A stretch of DNA of 64,000 bases from Kiritimatiellota bacterium (GTDB lineage Bacteria > Verrucomicrobiota > Kiritimatiellia > JAAZAB01). Below the pieces are notes generated by a model. That model did no database searches and had not been told where the DNA came from. It saw nothing but the letters and a program-made list of their open reading frames with translations. The stretch spans positions 15,197 to 79,196 of the forward strand of contig JAPLSY010000032.1 of assembly GCA_026398415.1 (NCBI GenBank), read 5' to 3'. Shown here piece by piece: positions 29,729 to 38,734 of the stretch (its first letter is position 1; every line of letters begins with the position of its first letter). A program made the position numbers and the translations under genes.

Positions 29729-29955
29729 TTCGGAACGGAATAAATTGGGGCACCCATTAAAGGCCGATTCCGAAGCCCAACGATTTTTGATCATTCCACT
29801 TCGCGATGCTGCGCCTTAAAATTCTAAGGCTAGCGGTTGGCGGCTTCGCCTGTAATCTTAAGGTCGCACCTTTTGTCGTTTACCACACCGGCCGCGCTAA
29901 ATTCGATTGACAATTTATACGGGCGTGGCAATTAAGGTATATGTTTAATTCTTGC

Positions 29956-29990
29956 AGACCTTTGACTGCTGACGCCTGACTTCGGATTCA
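29956..29990 (+). repeat. Degenerate heptamer tandem repeat just upstream of mfd
   Basis: AGACCTT TGACTGC TGACGCC TGACTTC GGATTCA. Confidence 0.6.
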
Positions 29991-29992
29991 CC

Positions 29993-32900
29993 ATGTTGAC
30001 TCTGCCCATCACGCCGGAAATGCGCCACAAATTGGAAGCCGCGCTGGCTGAAAAAAACCAATGCCGGCTGGCAGCCATGTCCTTTTCCGCCACGGCCTTC
30101 CTGGCCCTGGACTTGCTGGCCGAATTCCGGCGCACAGTGGTGGTTGTGTCCGACAGCATGCACTCGCTGGACGAACTGCGCCGGAACCTGCTGGCCCTGG
30201 CCGGCGCTCACCCGGAGCGCATTTTATATTATCCCGCCTGGGAATCGCTTCCCGGCAGAAAAGACAGACGACAGACAGGAGAAGATGGACACCGGAAGCA
30301 AGCCGCTGTTCAAACGGAGATGGTCGGCGAACGCCTGCAGACCCTGGAACGGCTGATCGCGCTCCAGGCGAGATGTCGCCTCCAGGCGCCGGTGGTCATT
30401 GCCACTTGTGTGCAGGCCCTGATGCAGATGACGCTCGCGCCCGCCGCGCTCAAGGCCCACACCTTCCGAATCGCGCTCGGCGAGGAGCATGATCCGGAAA
30501 CGCTTGTCCCGCGCCTTGAGCAAACCGGCTATGCCTTTGAACCGGAAGTCCAGGCCAAGGGCCAGGCCGCCTGGCGCGGCGGACTCCTCGATGTCTGGCC
30601 GCTTAACGAGACATTTCCCTTCCGGATCGAATTTGTCGGATCCACGGTAGAAACGATCCGCTCGTTCGATCCTGCCAGCCAGCGCTCGTTCACGCGTTTA
30701 AAGGAAGCAATACTTCCACCAGTCGGCGAATGGAATCTGATGCGTGCCCTGAAGTTAAGCACAGCGCATACTTCAGGGCGTGCCGGGACCGAGGCACGCT
30801 GTCTTTTCATGAATTACCTACCGCAGGAATTGATTTATCTCTGGTCGGAGCCCTGGCCGAGCTCCCTGGCCGGCACGAGCCCGGCGCGGGCACAGGCGAG
30901 CAGGCCCGTGACCGGCAATTTGCCATCCGCCTCTCACTACCACACCGGCATCCGCTATCACGCGGCCATATACCAGGAAGCCCTGAATGAAGCCAAGGTC
31001 ACTGACCTGACCATTCCATTCACCCGTGTTTCCCAAATCATCACGGAAAACCCACGTGCGTGGCAATGCCTGCCGGATCCGGTTTTCGAAAGCACGTCAA
31101 GCGGGGAGCGTGGAGCGGAGAGCGGAAAGCAGAGAGCGGACGCAACCGTCGCCTGGTCACCGTCCGCAGAGCGGGTAGATCTTGGCTTCCGGTCCGTTAC
31201 CGAGTTGGCTGCCCCGCGCCGCGACCTGCTGGCGCCGGACATCTTTGCTGAACGCCGCCGCCAGTGGCTGACGAGCCTGGCCGAACGCGCCCGCCTGTGC
31301 ATGGCCTCCGGCGGGCAGGCCCGTCAAGGTCTGCGCGTGCATATTTTCTTCTATACTCAGGGCGCCTTGGACCGATTCCGCGAGATTAATCCCGAACCCG
31401 CCTTCCACCTGCACGTAGGTATGCTTTCGGACGGCTTCATGCAAGCTGATCTCCAATTGGCCGTGCTTTCCGAATCCAACTTGCTGGGCCGGCCCAAATT
31501 GCTTCCCGACCGCATCGCGCGGACGCCGCGGGCGGCCCGCGCATCGGCGGGGGAAACCATTACCGACTGGACCAATCTGGAGCCGGGCAACTTCGTAGTG
31601 CACGTGGATCACGGGATTGGCCACTACCTGGGCCTGAATGAGATCGTGTTCAACGGCCAGCGCCAAGAGGCGCTGGCCATTGAATATGCCGATAATGCCA
31701 AGCTCTACGTCCCCGTTTCGCAGGCCCACCTGCTAAGCCGCTATGTCGGCGTGGGCAAGCATACGCCAAGCTTGCACCGGTTGGGAAGCGCACGCTGGTC
31801 GCGCGAAAAGGACGCCGCCGAGCGCGCCGTGCGCGACTTAGCCGCCGGCCTGCTGGAAATCCAGGCCGTGCGCGAAGCAAAAGCCGGAATCGCCTTCCCG
31901 CCCGACACCCCCTGGCAAAACGAATTCGAAGCATCGTTCCCCTACCAGGAAACCGAGGACCAGGAGCGCGCCATCCACGACGTTAAGCGCGACATGGAAA
32001 CCGTTCGGCCCATGGACCGGCTGGTCTGCGGCGACGTCGGCTACGGCAAAACCGAGGTGGCCATGCGCGCCGCCTTCAAGTGCGTCATGAGCGGCAAGCA
32101 GGTGGCCATGCTGGTGCCCACTACTGTTCTGGCCCAACAGCATTACGAAGTGTTTGCGGAACGCATGGCGGCCTATCCGGTGCGCGTGGAACTGCTCTGC
32201 CGGTTTCGCACGCTCCAGGAACAGGCGGGCGTGGTGCGCGCGCTCGCGACGGGCGGCGTGGATATTGTCATCGGCACCCATCGGCTGATCCAGCCGGACG
32301 TGCGTTTCAAGGACCTTGGGCTTGTGATCATTGACGAAGAACAGCGGTTCGGCGTCGGCCACAAGGAACGCTTTAAGCATCTCCAACAATTAGTGGACGT
32401 GCTGACGCTCACCGCCACGCCCATTCCGCGCACACTCTACATGAGCCTCACGGGCGCCAAGGAAATCAGCGTGATCCAGACCTCGCCCAAGGCACGCCAG
32501 GCAATCGAGACCATCGTGGCTAAAAACGACGACCGTGTTATTCGCGACGCCATTCTGCGCGAGTTGAACCGGGGCGGGCAGATCTATTATTTGCACAACC
32601 GCGTTCACTCCATCGAACGCGTCCGCGAGCGGCTGGCAAAACTTGTGCCCGAGGCGCGCATGGTCGTCGGCCACGGCCAGATGCCGACCTCGGCACTGGC
32701 GCACATCGTGCGGGATTTTGCGCGCGGCGATTATGACCTCCTGCTATGCACGACGATCATTGAAAGCGGAATGGACATTCCCAACGTCAATACGATCCTC
32801 ATTGACCGGGCCGATCGGTTCGGAATGGCGGATCTCTACCAGCTCCGCGGGCGGGTGGGCCGGTCCAGCCGCAAGGCTTACGCTTACATGCTTCTGCCGG

Positions 32901-33595
32901 TGCATGGGTCTCTTCTGGACACTTCGCGCCAGCGCATCCAGGCGATTCTCGAACACACGGAACTGGGGGCCGGGTTCCGGCTGGCCATGCGCGACCTGGA
33001 AATCCGCGGCGCTGGTAACTTGCTGGGCCCCGAGCAGAGCGGGCACATTGCCGCCATCGGGTTCGATTTATACTGCCAGCTTCTGCGCTACACGATTGCG
33101 CAAATGGCGAAGATCCCGACTCTCCGAGAGGTCGGGACGGTCAACCCCATGCGGATTGTGCATGTGGAAGTCAAGCTGGACTTTATCGATCTTTCGGCCC
33201 AGGCCGCGGACCCGGCGCACTCGGCATTTCTGCCTGTAACTTACGTGGAGGATGAACGCCTGCGGATCAGCGTGTATCGCCAGATCGCCTCCGCCATGAC
33301 CCTTGCGGAAATTGCCGGCCTGCGCGAGGAATTCAAGGACCGCTTTGGACCCCTGCCCCCGCCATTAGACCGCCTGCTCAAGATCGCCGCCCTGCGAATT
33401 CTGGCGGCGGAGAAAAAGATCGCGCTGATCGAGGTGCAGGCAGGCAAAGTCATCTTTCATCGGCATGTTGAACTTCTGCAAATCAAAAACCGCTTTCCAC
33501 GCTTGCACGCCGCAGGCGTGGACGCGAAGTTGGACGAAATCCAGCAATGGCTCCGCCGCGTGGAGGACCAGGGGTTCTCCCCGATCCGCGCGTAA
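29993..33595 (+). CDS. mfd: Transcription-repair coupling factor Mfd (with several in-frame repeat insertions)
   Basis: VVHVDHGIG RID, GDVGYGKTEVAMRAAF, DEEQRFG, TATPIPRTL, QLRGRVGRS, TRCF C-terminus. Confidence 0.97.
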   Translation: MLTLPITPEMRHKLEAALAEKNQCRLAAMSFSATAFLALDLLAEFRRTVVVVSDSMHSLDELRRNLLALAGAHPERILYYPAWESLPGRKDRRQTGEDGHRKQAAVQTEMVGERLQTLERLIALQARCRLQAPVVIATCVQALMQMTLAPAALKAHTFRIALGEEHDPETLVPRLEQTGYAFEPEVQAKGQAAWRGGLLDVWPLNETFPFRIEFVGSTVETIRSFDPASQRSFTRLKEAILPPVGEWNLMRALKLSTAHTSGRAGTEARCLFMNYLPQELIYLWSEPWPSSLAGTSPARAQASRPVTGNLPSASHYHTGIRYHAAIYQEALNEAKVTDLTIPFTRVSQIITENPRAWQCLPDPVFESTSSGERGAESGKQRADATVAWSPSAERVDLGFRSVTELAAPRRDLLAPDIFAERRRQWLTSLAERARLCMASGGQARQGLRVHIFFYTQGALDRFREINPEPAFHLHVGMLSDGFMQADLQLAVLSESNLLGRPKLLPDRIARTPRAARASAGETITDWTNLEPGNFVVHVDHGIGHYLGLNEIVFNGQRQEALAIEYADNAKLYVPVSQAHLLSRYVGVGKHTPSLHRLGSARWSREKDAAERAVRDLAAGLLEIQAVREAKAGIAFPPDTPWQNEFEASFPYQETEDQERAIHDVKRDMETVRPMDRLVCGDVGYGKTEVAMRAAFKCVMSGKQVAMLVPTTVLAQQHYEVFAERMAAYPVRVELLCRFRTLQEQAGVVRALATGGVDIVIGTHRLIQPDVRFKDLGLVIIDEEQRFGVGHKERFKHLQQLVDVLTLTATPIPRTLYMSLTGAKEISVIQTSPKARQAIETIVAKNDDRVIRDAILRELNRGGQIYYLHNRVHSIERVRERLAKLVPEARMVVGHGQMPTSALAHIVRDFARGDYDLLLCTTIIESGMDIPNVNTILIDRADRFGMADLYQLRGRVGRSSRKAYAYMLLPVHGSLLDTSRQRIQAILEHTELGAGFRLAMRDLEIRGAGNLLGPEQSGHIAAIGFDLYCQLLRYTIAQMAKIPTLREVGTVNPMRIVHVEVKLDFIDLSAQAADPAHSAFLPVTYVEDERLRISVYRQIASAMTLAEIAGLREEFKDRFGPLPPPLDRLLKIAALRILAAEKKIALIEVQAGKVIFHRHVELLQIKNRFPRLHAAGVDAKLDEIQQWLRRVEDQGFSPIRA

Positions 33596-33681
33596 TGGGT
33601 ATGGCCTTTATCCGGATGGCTTTGGCTTGCGCGGAAAACACGACTGTGCCATAGTGCTCAAACGAGGGGAATGATATTGCC

Positions 33682-34665
33682 ATGCTAATGCGCATAAAAC
33701 CGATCTTATTGGCCACGCTGGTCTTGGCATTCGGATGCCTGCTGCCCGCCAATGCTCTGGGCAAAACGATCCCGGTGGAAGGTTGTGCGGCCCAGGTCAA
33801 CGATCGGATCGTGACCGTGACGGAGGTTATGACCGCCATGCAACCGGTCGAGCGCCAGTTGCGCGCGACCAGCCAGGGCGCGGAGCTGGATCGGAAACTA
33901 GAAGAGGCCTATGAAAAGGCGCTCCAATCCCTGATTGAGCGGGAATTGATCCTCGACGCGTTCCACCAGCAGAAGGAAATGAATTTACCGGACAAGATCG
34001 TGCAGAGCCGCACGGAAGAAATCGTGCGCACCAAGTTCAGCAACAACCGCACCGCGTTCCGCAAAGCGCTGGACGAGGAAGGGCTTACGCTGGAGGAATG
34101 GCAAGCCAATCTGAAGAAATCCATGATTGTGTCCTTCCTGCGCGAACGCGAAGTGGAAAGCAAGGTATCCATTTCCCCGCAGGATGTCCGCACGGCTTAC
34201 GAAAAAGCGGGCGATACGTTCCGCACCCCTGAGCAGGTTCACCTGCGCATGATCATGATTAACGGCGGTAAAACTGACGAAGAAATTGCCGTCAAGCGCA
34301 AGCAGGCGGAAGAGGTGCGCAAGCGCTTGCTGGAGGGTGAATCGTTCGAAGATCTGGCCAGGCAGGTATCCGAAGGCACACGCGCCCAGGATGGCGGCGA
34401 CTGGGGCTGGATTGACCCGGCCAGCCGGCGGCCGGAATTGGCCGCGGCCATCCGCGCGCTCAAGCCGGAAGATATCAGCGATGTAATCCCGGCCGGCGGG
34501 GACCTGTATATCCTGAAAGTTGAAGGGCAGCGGGGCGCCACTGTGATTCCATTCGAAAAAGTCCATGACACGCTCCGCACCGAGCTGGAAAAGCAGGAAG
34601 CCAAACGGCTTTATGACGCCTGGATGGTGCGCCTGAAACAGAAAGCCTTTATCAAGAAATATTAG
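33682..34665 (+). CDS. surA: SurA-like parvulin peptidyl-prolyl isomerase/chaperone
   Basis: Signal peptide, SurA_N (AAQVND..VT), PpiC domain (FEDLARQVSE...GGDWGW); mfd-surA-pdxA synteny. Confidence 0.8.
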   Translation: MLMRIKPILLATLVLAFGCLLPANALGKTIPVEGCAAQVNDRIVTVTEVMTAMQPVERQLRATSQGAELDRKLEEAYEKALQSLIERELILDAFHQQKEMNLPDKIVQSRTEEIVRTKFSNNRTAFRKALDEEGLTLEEWQANLKKSMIVSFLREREVESKVSISPQDVRTAYEKAGDTFRTPEQVHLRMIMINGGKTDEEIAVKRKQAEEVRKRLLEGESFEDLARQVSEGTRAQDGGDWGWIDPASRRPELAAAIRALKPEDISDVIPAGGDLYILKVEGQRGATVIPFEKVHDTLRTELEKQEAKRLYDAWMVRLKQKAFIKKY

Positions 34666-34670
34666 AAGAA

Positions 34671-34700
34671 GGCTGTGGGCTGTAGGCTGAAGACTGTAGG
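34671..34700 (+). repeat. Heptamer tandem repeat
   Basis: GGCTGTG GGCTGTA GGCTGAA GACTGTA GG. Confidence 0.7.
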
Positions 34701-34709
34701 TTATAACCG

Positions 34710-35729
34710 GTGAAAACCATTGCCATTACCCTCGGCGATCCCGGCGGAATTGGGCCGGAAGTGGCCTTGAAGGCGCTGTACCAAAATCGCTGGCCGGCTA
34801 CCTTGCGTTTTGTGCTGATCGGCAGCCGAACGATTCTGCGCCGCCAGGCGGCGCAGCTCCGCCTGCCGTTGCCGCCGGTCTGGCAGTTGTCGGATGGTAA
34901 AAATCATACCGCGCGTATTGTCAACTGGGAACCCGAGCAGGATCTCGAGCAGAAGCCGATGCCCTTGAATTGGCAGCCCGGCGTCATCGGCAAAACACAA
35001 GGTCAGGCAGCGGTGCGGTGGATCAAGGAAGCGGTTAGCGGCTGTATGGCAGGGCGCTTTGATGCCCTGGTTACCGGTCCCATTTGTAAACAGAGCCTGT
35101 ACCTGGCGGGCCTGCCGTTTCCCGGCCACACGGAATTTCTGGCGGCCCTTACCGGAACGCGCTCCTTTGCCATGATGCTCCTGGGCGGACCTTTGCGTGT
35201 AGTGCTGGTTACGCGGCATCTGCCGCTGGCCAAGGTGGCGGAAAGCATTTCGCGCTCGGCCATTCAGGAGGCGGTGCAGTTGGCGGCACAGGCATTACCC
35301 TGGCTCGGCGTAAAGCAAAAAAAGGTCGGTGTCTGCGCGCTCAATCCGCATGCCGGGGATAATGGCGTCCTCGGGCGCGAAGAAATCACGACCATCCGGC
35401 CGGTGTTGTGCGCTTTGCGCCGCAAGGGGTTGAACATTGAAGGTCCTGTGCCGGGCGATGTCATTTTTCACCAGGCCCTGCAGGGCCGGTATGGCGCGGT
35501 CGTGGCCATGTACCACGACCAGGGCCTCGGACCCTTGAAGATGATTGCCTTTGAAGAGGGGGTCAACCTGACGCTTGGCCTGCCGATTGTGCGCACGTCA
35601 CCCGATCATGGCACCGCCTTTGACATTGCCGGGAAAGGTGTGGCGCATGCCGGCAGCATGGTTGCCGCCATTCGCCTGGCCGTCCGGCTGGCTCGCCGAA
35701 AAAACCCATGGGCTCACACTGACCTCTGA
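34710..35729 (+). CDS. pdxA: 4-hydroxythreonine-4-phosphate dehydrogenase
   Basis: GDPGGIGPEV, FPGHTE, LNPHAG, MYHDQG, RTSPDHGTAFDIAG. Confidence 0.95.
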   Translation: MKTIAITLGDPGGIGPEVALKALYQNRWPATLRFVLIGSRTILRRQAAQLRLPLPPVWQLSDGKNHTARIVNWEPEQDLEQKPMPLNWQPGVIGKTQGQAAVRWIKEAVSGCMAGRFDALVTGPICKQSLYLAGLPFPGHTEFLAALTGTRSFAMMLLGGPLRVVLVTRHLPLAKVAESISRSAIQEAVQLAAQALPWLGVKQKKVGVCALNPHAGDNGVLGREEITTIRPVLCALRRKGLNIEGPVPGDVIFHQALQGRYGAVVAMYHDQGLGPLKMIAFEEGVNLTLGLPIVRTSPDHGTAFDIAGKGVAHAGSMVAAIRLAVRLARRKNPWAHTDL

Positions 35730-35754
35730 TTTCCGACATCTGTTCTCTAAAAGA

Positions 35755-35995
35755 TGGGCGAGGTGGGACTCGAACCCACAAGCCCCTGGTCGCCTGTGGC
35801 GCCGCCCCTCCTTAGGCGGGTGAACTCCGGCGGGTAAACTTGCGGCATCCCGCTCCGACAAAAAAATGCTCCCGAAAGGACTCGAACCTTCACCTCGTGA
35901 GAGACATGGTCCTAAGCCATGCGCGTCTGCCAATTCCGCCACGGGAGCGAAAACTTTTACCGGCGGGACGTGTCTGCCAATTTCACCACTCGCCT
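35755..35995 (-). ncRNA. Split Leu-type tRNA-like shell enclosing tRNA-Leu(UAG)
   Basis: 5' half AGGCGAG-TG-GTGAAATTGGCAGACAC-G-TCCCGC (35995-35963); 3' half GCGGGA-TGCCGCAAG...GGCTT-GTGGG-TTCGAGT-CCCAC-CTCGCCC-A; acceptor, D, anticodon and T stems pair. Confidence 0.7.
35867..35948 (-). tRNA. trnL: tRNA-Leu (anticodon TAG)
   Basis: GCTCCCG/CGGGAGC acceptor, GGCAGA D-loop, CATGG-CTTAGGA-CCATG, variable arm CTC-TCAC-GAG, GAAGG-TTCGAGT-CCTTT, discriminator A, no encoded CCA. Confidence 0.95.
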
Positions 35996-36069
35996 GGTAG
36001 GTAATGGTTGGAAAATATCAGATTATTCGGCGCTGGGCGATAAGAAAAGATTTTGAAGGACTATTCAAA

Positions 36070-36098
36070 TTGACTTGATATTGACGGTTCAGTACATT
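36070..36098 (+). promoter_or_regulatory. Sigma70-type promoter
   Basis: TTGACT-17bp-TACATT upstream of the 36163 gene. Confidence 0.55.
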
Positions 36099-36162
36099 TT
36101 TCAACAGTTAAACGAAAGACTTTTGCAATCAACTCGTAATTAAAAGAAAAAGGTGGTCCTGA

Positions 36163-37158
36163 ATGAAAAAAGTTAAGATCGGTTTTATCGGATGCGGCAA
36201 GATCGCGACTTGCTCACATGCGCCAGAATTCCTGAAAATCCCGGGGAAAACTGAAATTTCCGCCCTTTATGACGTGAAGGCTGAAAGCGCGCAGAACCTT
36301 AAAGCGAAAAATAAAGTGGAAGCTGAAACGTATGCCTCCGTAAAAGAACTGCTTGCCTCCGGCATCGCCGGCGTGGTGATAAGCACTCCGAACAGTTTAC
36401 ATTATGAACTGACTATGCAGGCATTGAATTCTGGAGTGAATGTTCTTGTGGAAAAGCCTATGGCGGCAACTTTAAAAGAGGCTGACGAAATGATTGCGTT
36501 GGCGCGCAAGAAAAAATTGGTGCTTCAGGTAAACCAATCAGTGAGGTTCGTTCCCGCTTATGTGAAAATCAAACAACTTATAGAACAGGGCAAAATAGGA
36601 GATCCTGTTCACATACGTTGTCTCCGCGCATCCGGGAGCACTCCTGACCAAGGATGGTCGCCTGGCGCAAAATGGTTTATTCAGAAGAAATTCGCGGGCG
36701 GGCTTATTATGGACATTGCCGTACATATGGCGGATATGCTTGGCTGGTATTTCGGCAAAGCCCGGAATGTTTACTCGATAAATCAGACAAAGATAAAGGG
36801 AAATGATGTCCCCGACAACGTGACGGCCCTGTTTGATTTTGAAAATGGCGCTACCGGAGTTCTTGAATTAAGCTGGACAATTCCAGTTGGCGGAGGGTTG
36901 CTGGAGATTTACGGAAGCAAAGGGACCATACGTCATGGTTTCAATCAAGGCAATATAGAAATGTGCCTGGCGGGTGGTAAATATAAAACCATCAAACCAT
37001 GTAAATATCAAACTTCTCAGGAATGGTTTGCTGACTCTATCAGAGGATTGCCAAGATGCCCGGCCCTCGGCGGTGTCGGCAGACATGCGCTTGCCTACAC
37101 ATTGGCCATAGCGGAATCCGGCGAAAAAAATAAAGCCGTAAAACCTTCCATTAACTAA
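36163..37158 (+). CDS. Gfo/Idh/MocA family oxidoreductase
   Basis: GFIGCGKI, VLVEKP, GGLIMDIAVHMAD. Confidence 0.92.
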   Translation: MKKVKIGFIGCGKIATCSHAPEFLKIPGKTEISALYDVKAESAQNLKAKNKVEAETYASVKELLASGIAGVVISTPNSLHYELTMQALNSGVNVLVEKPMAATLKEADEMIALARKKKLVLQVNQSVRFVPAYVKIKQLIEQGKIGDPVHIRCLRASGSTPDQGWSPGAKWFIQKKFAGGLIMDIAVHMADMLGWYFGKARNVYSINQTKIKGNDVPDNVTALFDFENGATGVLELSWTIPVGGGLLEIYGSKGTIRHGFNQGNIEMCLAGGKYKTIKPCKYQTSQEWFADSIRGLPRCPALGGVGRHALAYTLAIAESGEKNKAVKPSIN

Positions 37159-37178
37159 TTCACTGCAAGGCGGTAATA

Positions 37179-37367
37179 ATTAAAGTCGGGTTAAGCACAT
37201 ACAGTTTGGTAGGCACGATCAAGTCGGGGGAGCTTGATGTTTTGCCGGTAATTCAATGGATTGCCGATAACCACGGAAAACATGCGGAAATAGTTCCATC
37301 CGGTTTTACGCTCACGGACAATAACGAACTTGTTTCCGCAATAGTAAAGAAAGCAAAAGGACAATGA
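37179..37367 (+). pseudogene. N-terminal remnant of a sugar-phosphate isomerase/epimerase (xylose isomerase-like TIM barrel)
   Basis: Reads (ATT)KVGLSTYSLVGTIKSGELDVLPVIQWIADNHGKHAEIVPSGFTLTDNNELVSAIVKKAKGQ*; no ATG start and ends after 62 codons. Confidence 0.6.
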
Positions 37368-37383
37368 TTAGGAACAGCCCTTT

Positions 37384-38643
37384 TCAAGCGGCTGTCTGAT
37401 GTAATTTTCGGGCGGCGAGGAACCCGCTGGCAAAGGCCCATTGCAGGTTGAACCCGCCACATGGCCCATCAACGTCCAGGATTTCGCCGGCGAAGAAAAG
37501 TTCGTGGACGCGCTTGCTTTCCAGTGTCTTGGGACATACTTCCACCAAGTCAATGCCCCCTCTTGTAACCATAGCCTTATCGAATCCTTCAGTCGCCGTG
37601 ATCGTCAGGGGCAGTTTCTTAATCAGCACGATCAGCTTGCGGCTTTGCGCGCGCGACAATCGCGCCACGCTCGCGCCCGCCGGCACATCCGCGCGTTCCA
37701 GCACTACTTTCGCCAGCGCCGCGGGAAGAATGGAAGTAAGCATGGATAGGACCGTCTTGGCGCCGTGTTCCTTGCGTAACTTTTCAATATGCCCCTGCCA
37801 CGCTTCGATCGTCAAATCGGGAGCAAGATCAATCATGATATCTACGGACGCGCGGGTCATCAAGGCCGCCGAAACACAGCCGGAGACATCCAGCACGACA
37901 GGCCCGGAAATGCCCTTATGGGTAAACAGCAGGCTTCCGGTCGCGGCCGCGCGAACATCGCCGGCACACACCATGCTGACCGCGACGCGCGGGAGTGTTA
38001 TTCCCGCCAGGGTCGCCGGCCAAGTCTCACGGGTAACCAGGGGCACCAGCGCCGGACACAGCGGAATGATCGTATGACCGGCCAGGCGGGCCAGTCTGAA
38101 ACCGCTTGCCCCGCCACCCAGGCTCGGATAACTTGCTCCGCCTGCGGCAAGCACGACGCGCGCGGCTGATTCGACACCGTGTGACGTCCGGATGCTCGTC
38201 ACCTGACCGCGACTTATTTGCAGGCTGTCCACGCGGCTGTTGAATCGAAACTCCACGCACAGTTTTCGGCAAGCTTGCCGAAGGGCATCCCGGATGGACC
38301 GCGCGGAATCGGACACCGGCAAAACATGAAACCCATCCGGACTGTGGGATGCTATTCCCAGCTCTTCGAAAAATAAACGCAGCCTGTTTCCGTCCAGGGC
38401 TTTGATTGCGGGCGCCACAAAGCGGCGCTTAGCGCCGAAGCGCCTGACAAAATCATCGGTTGCGAGGGTATTCGTGAAATTGCAGTGACCGCCTCCGGTC
38501 GCAAGCAACCTTACGCCCGGCTCCGGGAGCTGTTCGCAAACCATTACCCGCGCCCCCGCCCTTGCGGCCCAAATAGCCGCCATGAGGCCGGCCGGCCCTG
38601 CGCCGACAACCACCACGGGGAAAATATCTGGTTTACGACTCAT
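37384..38643 (-). CDS. HI0933/BaiN-like flavoprotein (NAD(P)/FAD-dependent oxidoreductase)
   Basis: GAGPAG, TGGGHCNFTN, GGASYP, LFTHKGISGP, GGFNLQWAFASG. Confidence 0.93.
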   Translation of the reverse strand: MSRKPDIFPVVVVGAGPAGLMAAIWAARAGARVMVCEQLPEPGVRLLATGGGHCNFTNTLATDDFVRRFGAKRRFVAPAIKALDGNRLRLFFEELGIASHSPDGFHVLPVSDSARSIRDALRQACRKLCVEFRFNSRVDSLQISRGQVTSIRTSHGVESAARVVLAAGGASYPSLGGGASGFRLARLAGHTIIPLCPALVPLVTRETWPATLAGITLPRVAVSMVCAGDVRAAATGSLLFTHKGISGPVVLDVSGCVSAALMTRASVDIMIDLAPDLTIEAWQGHIEKLRKEHGAKTVLSMLTSILPAALAKVVLERADVPAGASVARLSRAQSRKLIVLIKKLPLTITATEGFDKAMVTRGGIDLVEVCPKTLESKRVHELFFAGEILDVDGPCGGFNLQWAFASGFLAARKLHQTAA

Positions 38644-38734
38644 TATTTTTGGCTCCGCAAATCGTTAGAAATAAGACCGCATTACTCTACCCGCCAGCTC
38701 ACGGAAAGCACCTAAAACATTATTATTTTTTGTG

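Noticed and set aside
12365-35742. Short repeat arrays as CRISPR
   Set aside because: Units are 7-10 bp, contiguous, with no spacers and no cas genes
35755-35995. tmRNA, group I intron or prophage att-site explanation for the extra tRNA halves
   Set aside because: The shell has a full Leu-type D arm and A73, no G3-U70 and no tag ORF. The insert is too short and lacks a ribozyme core. The halves are not copies of the inner tRNA and no integrase is nearby.
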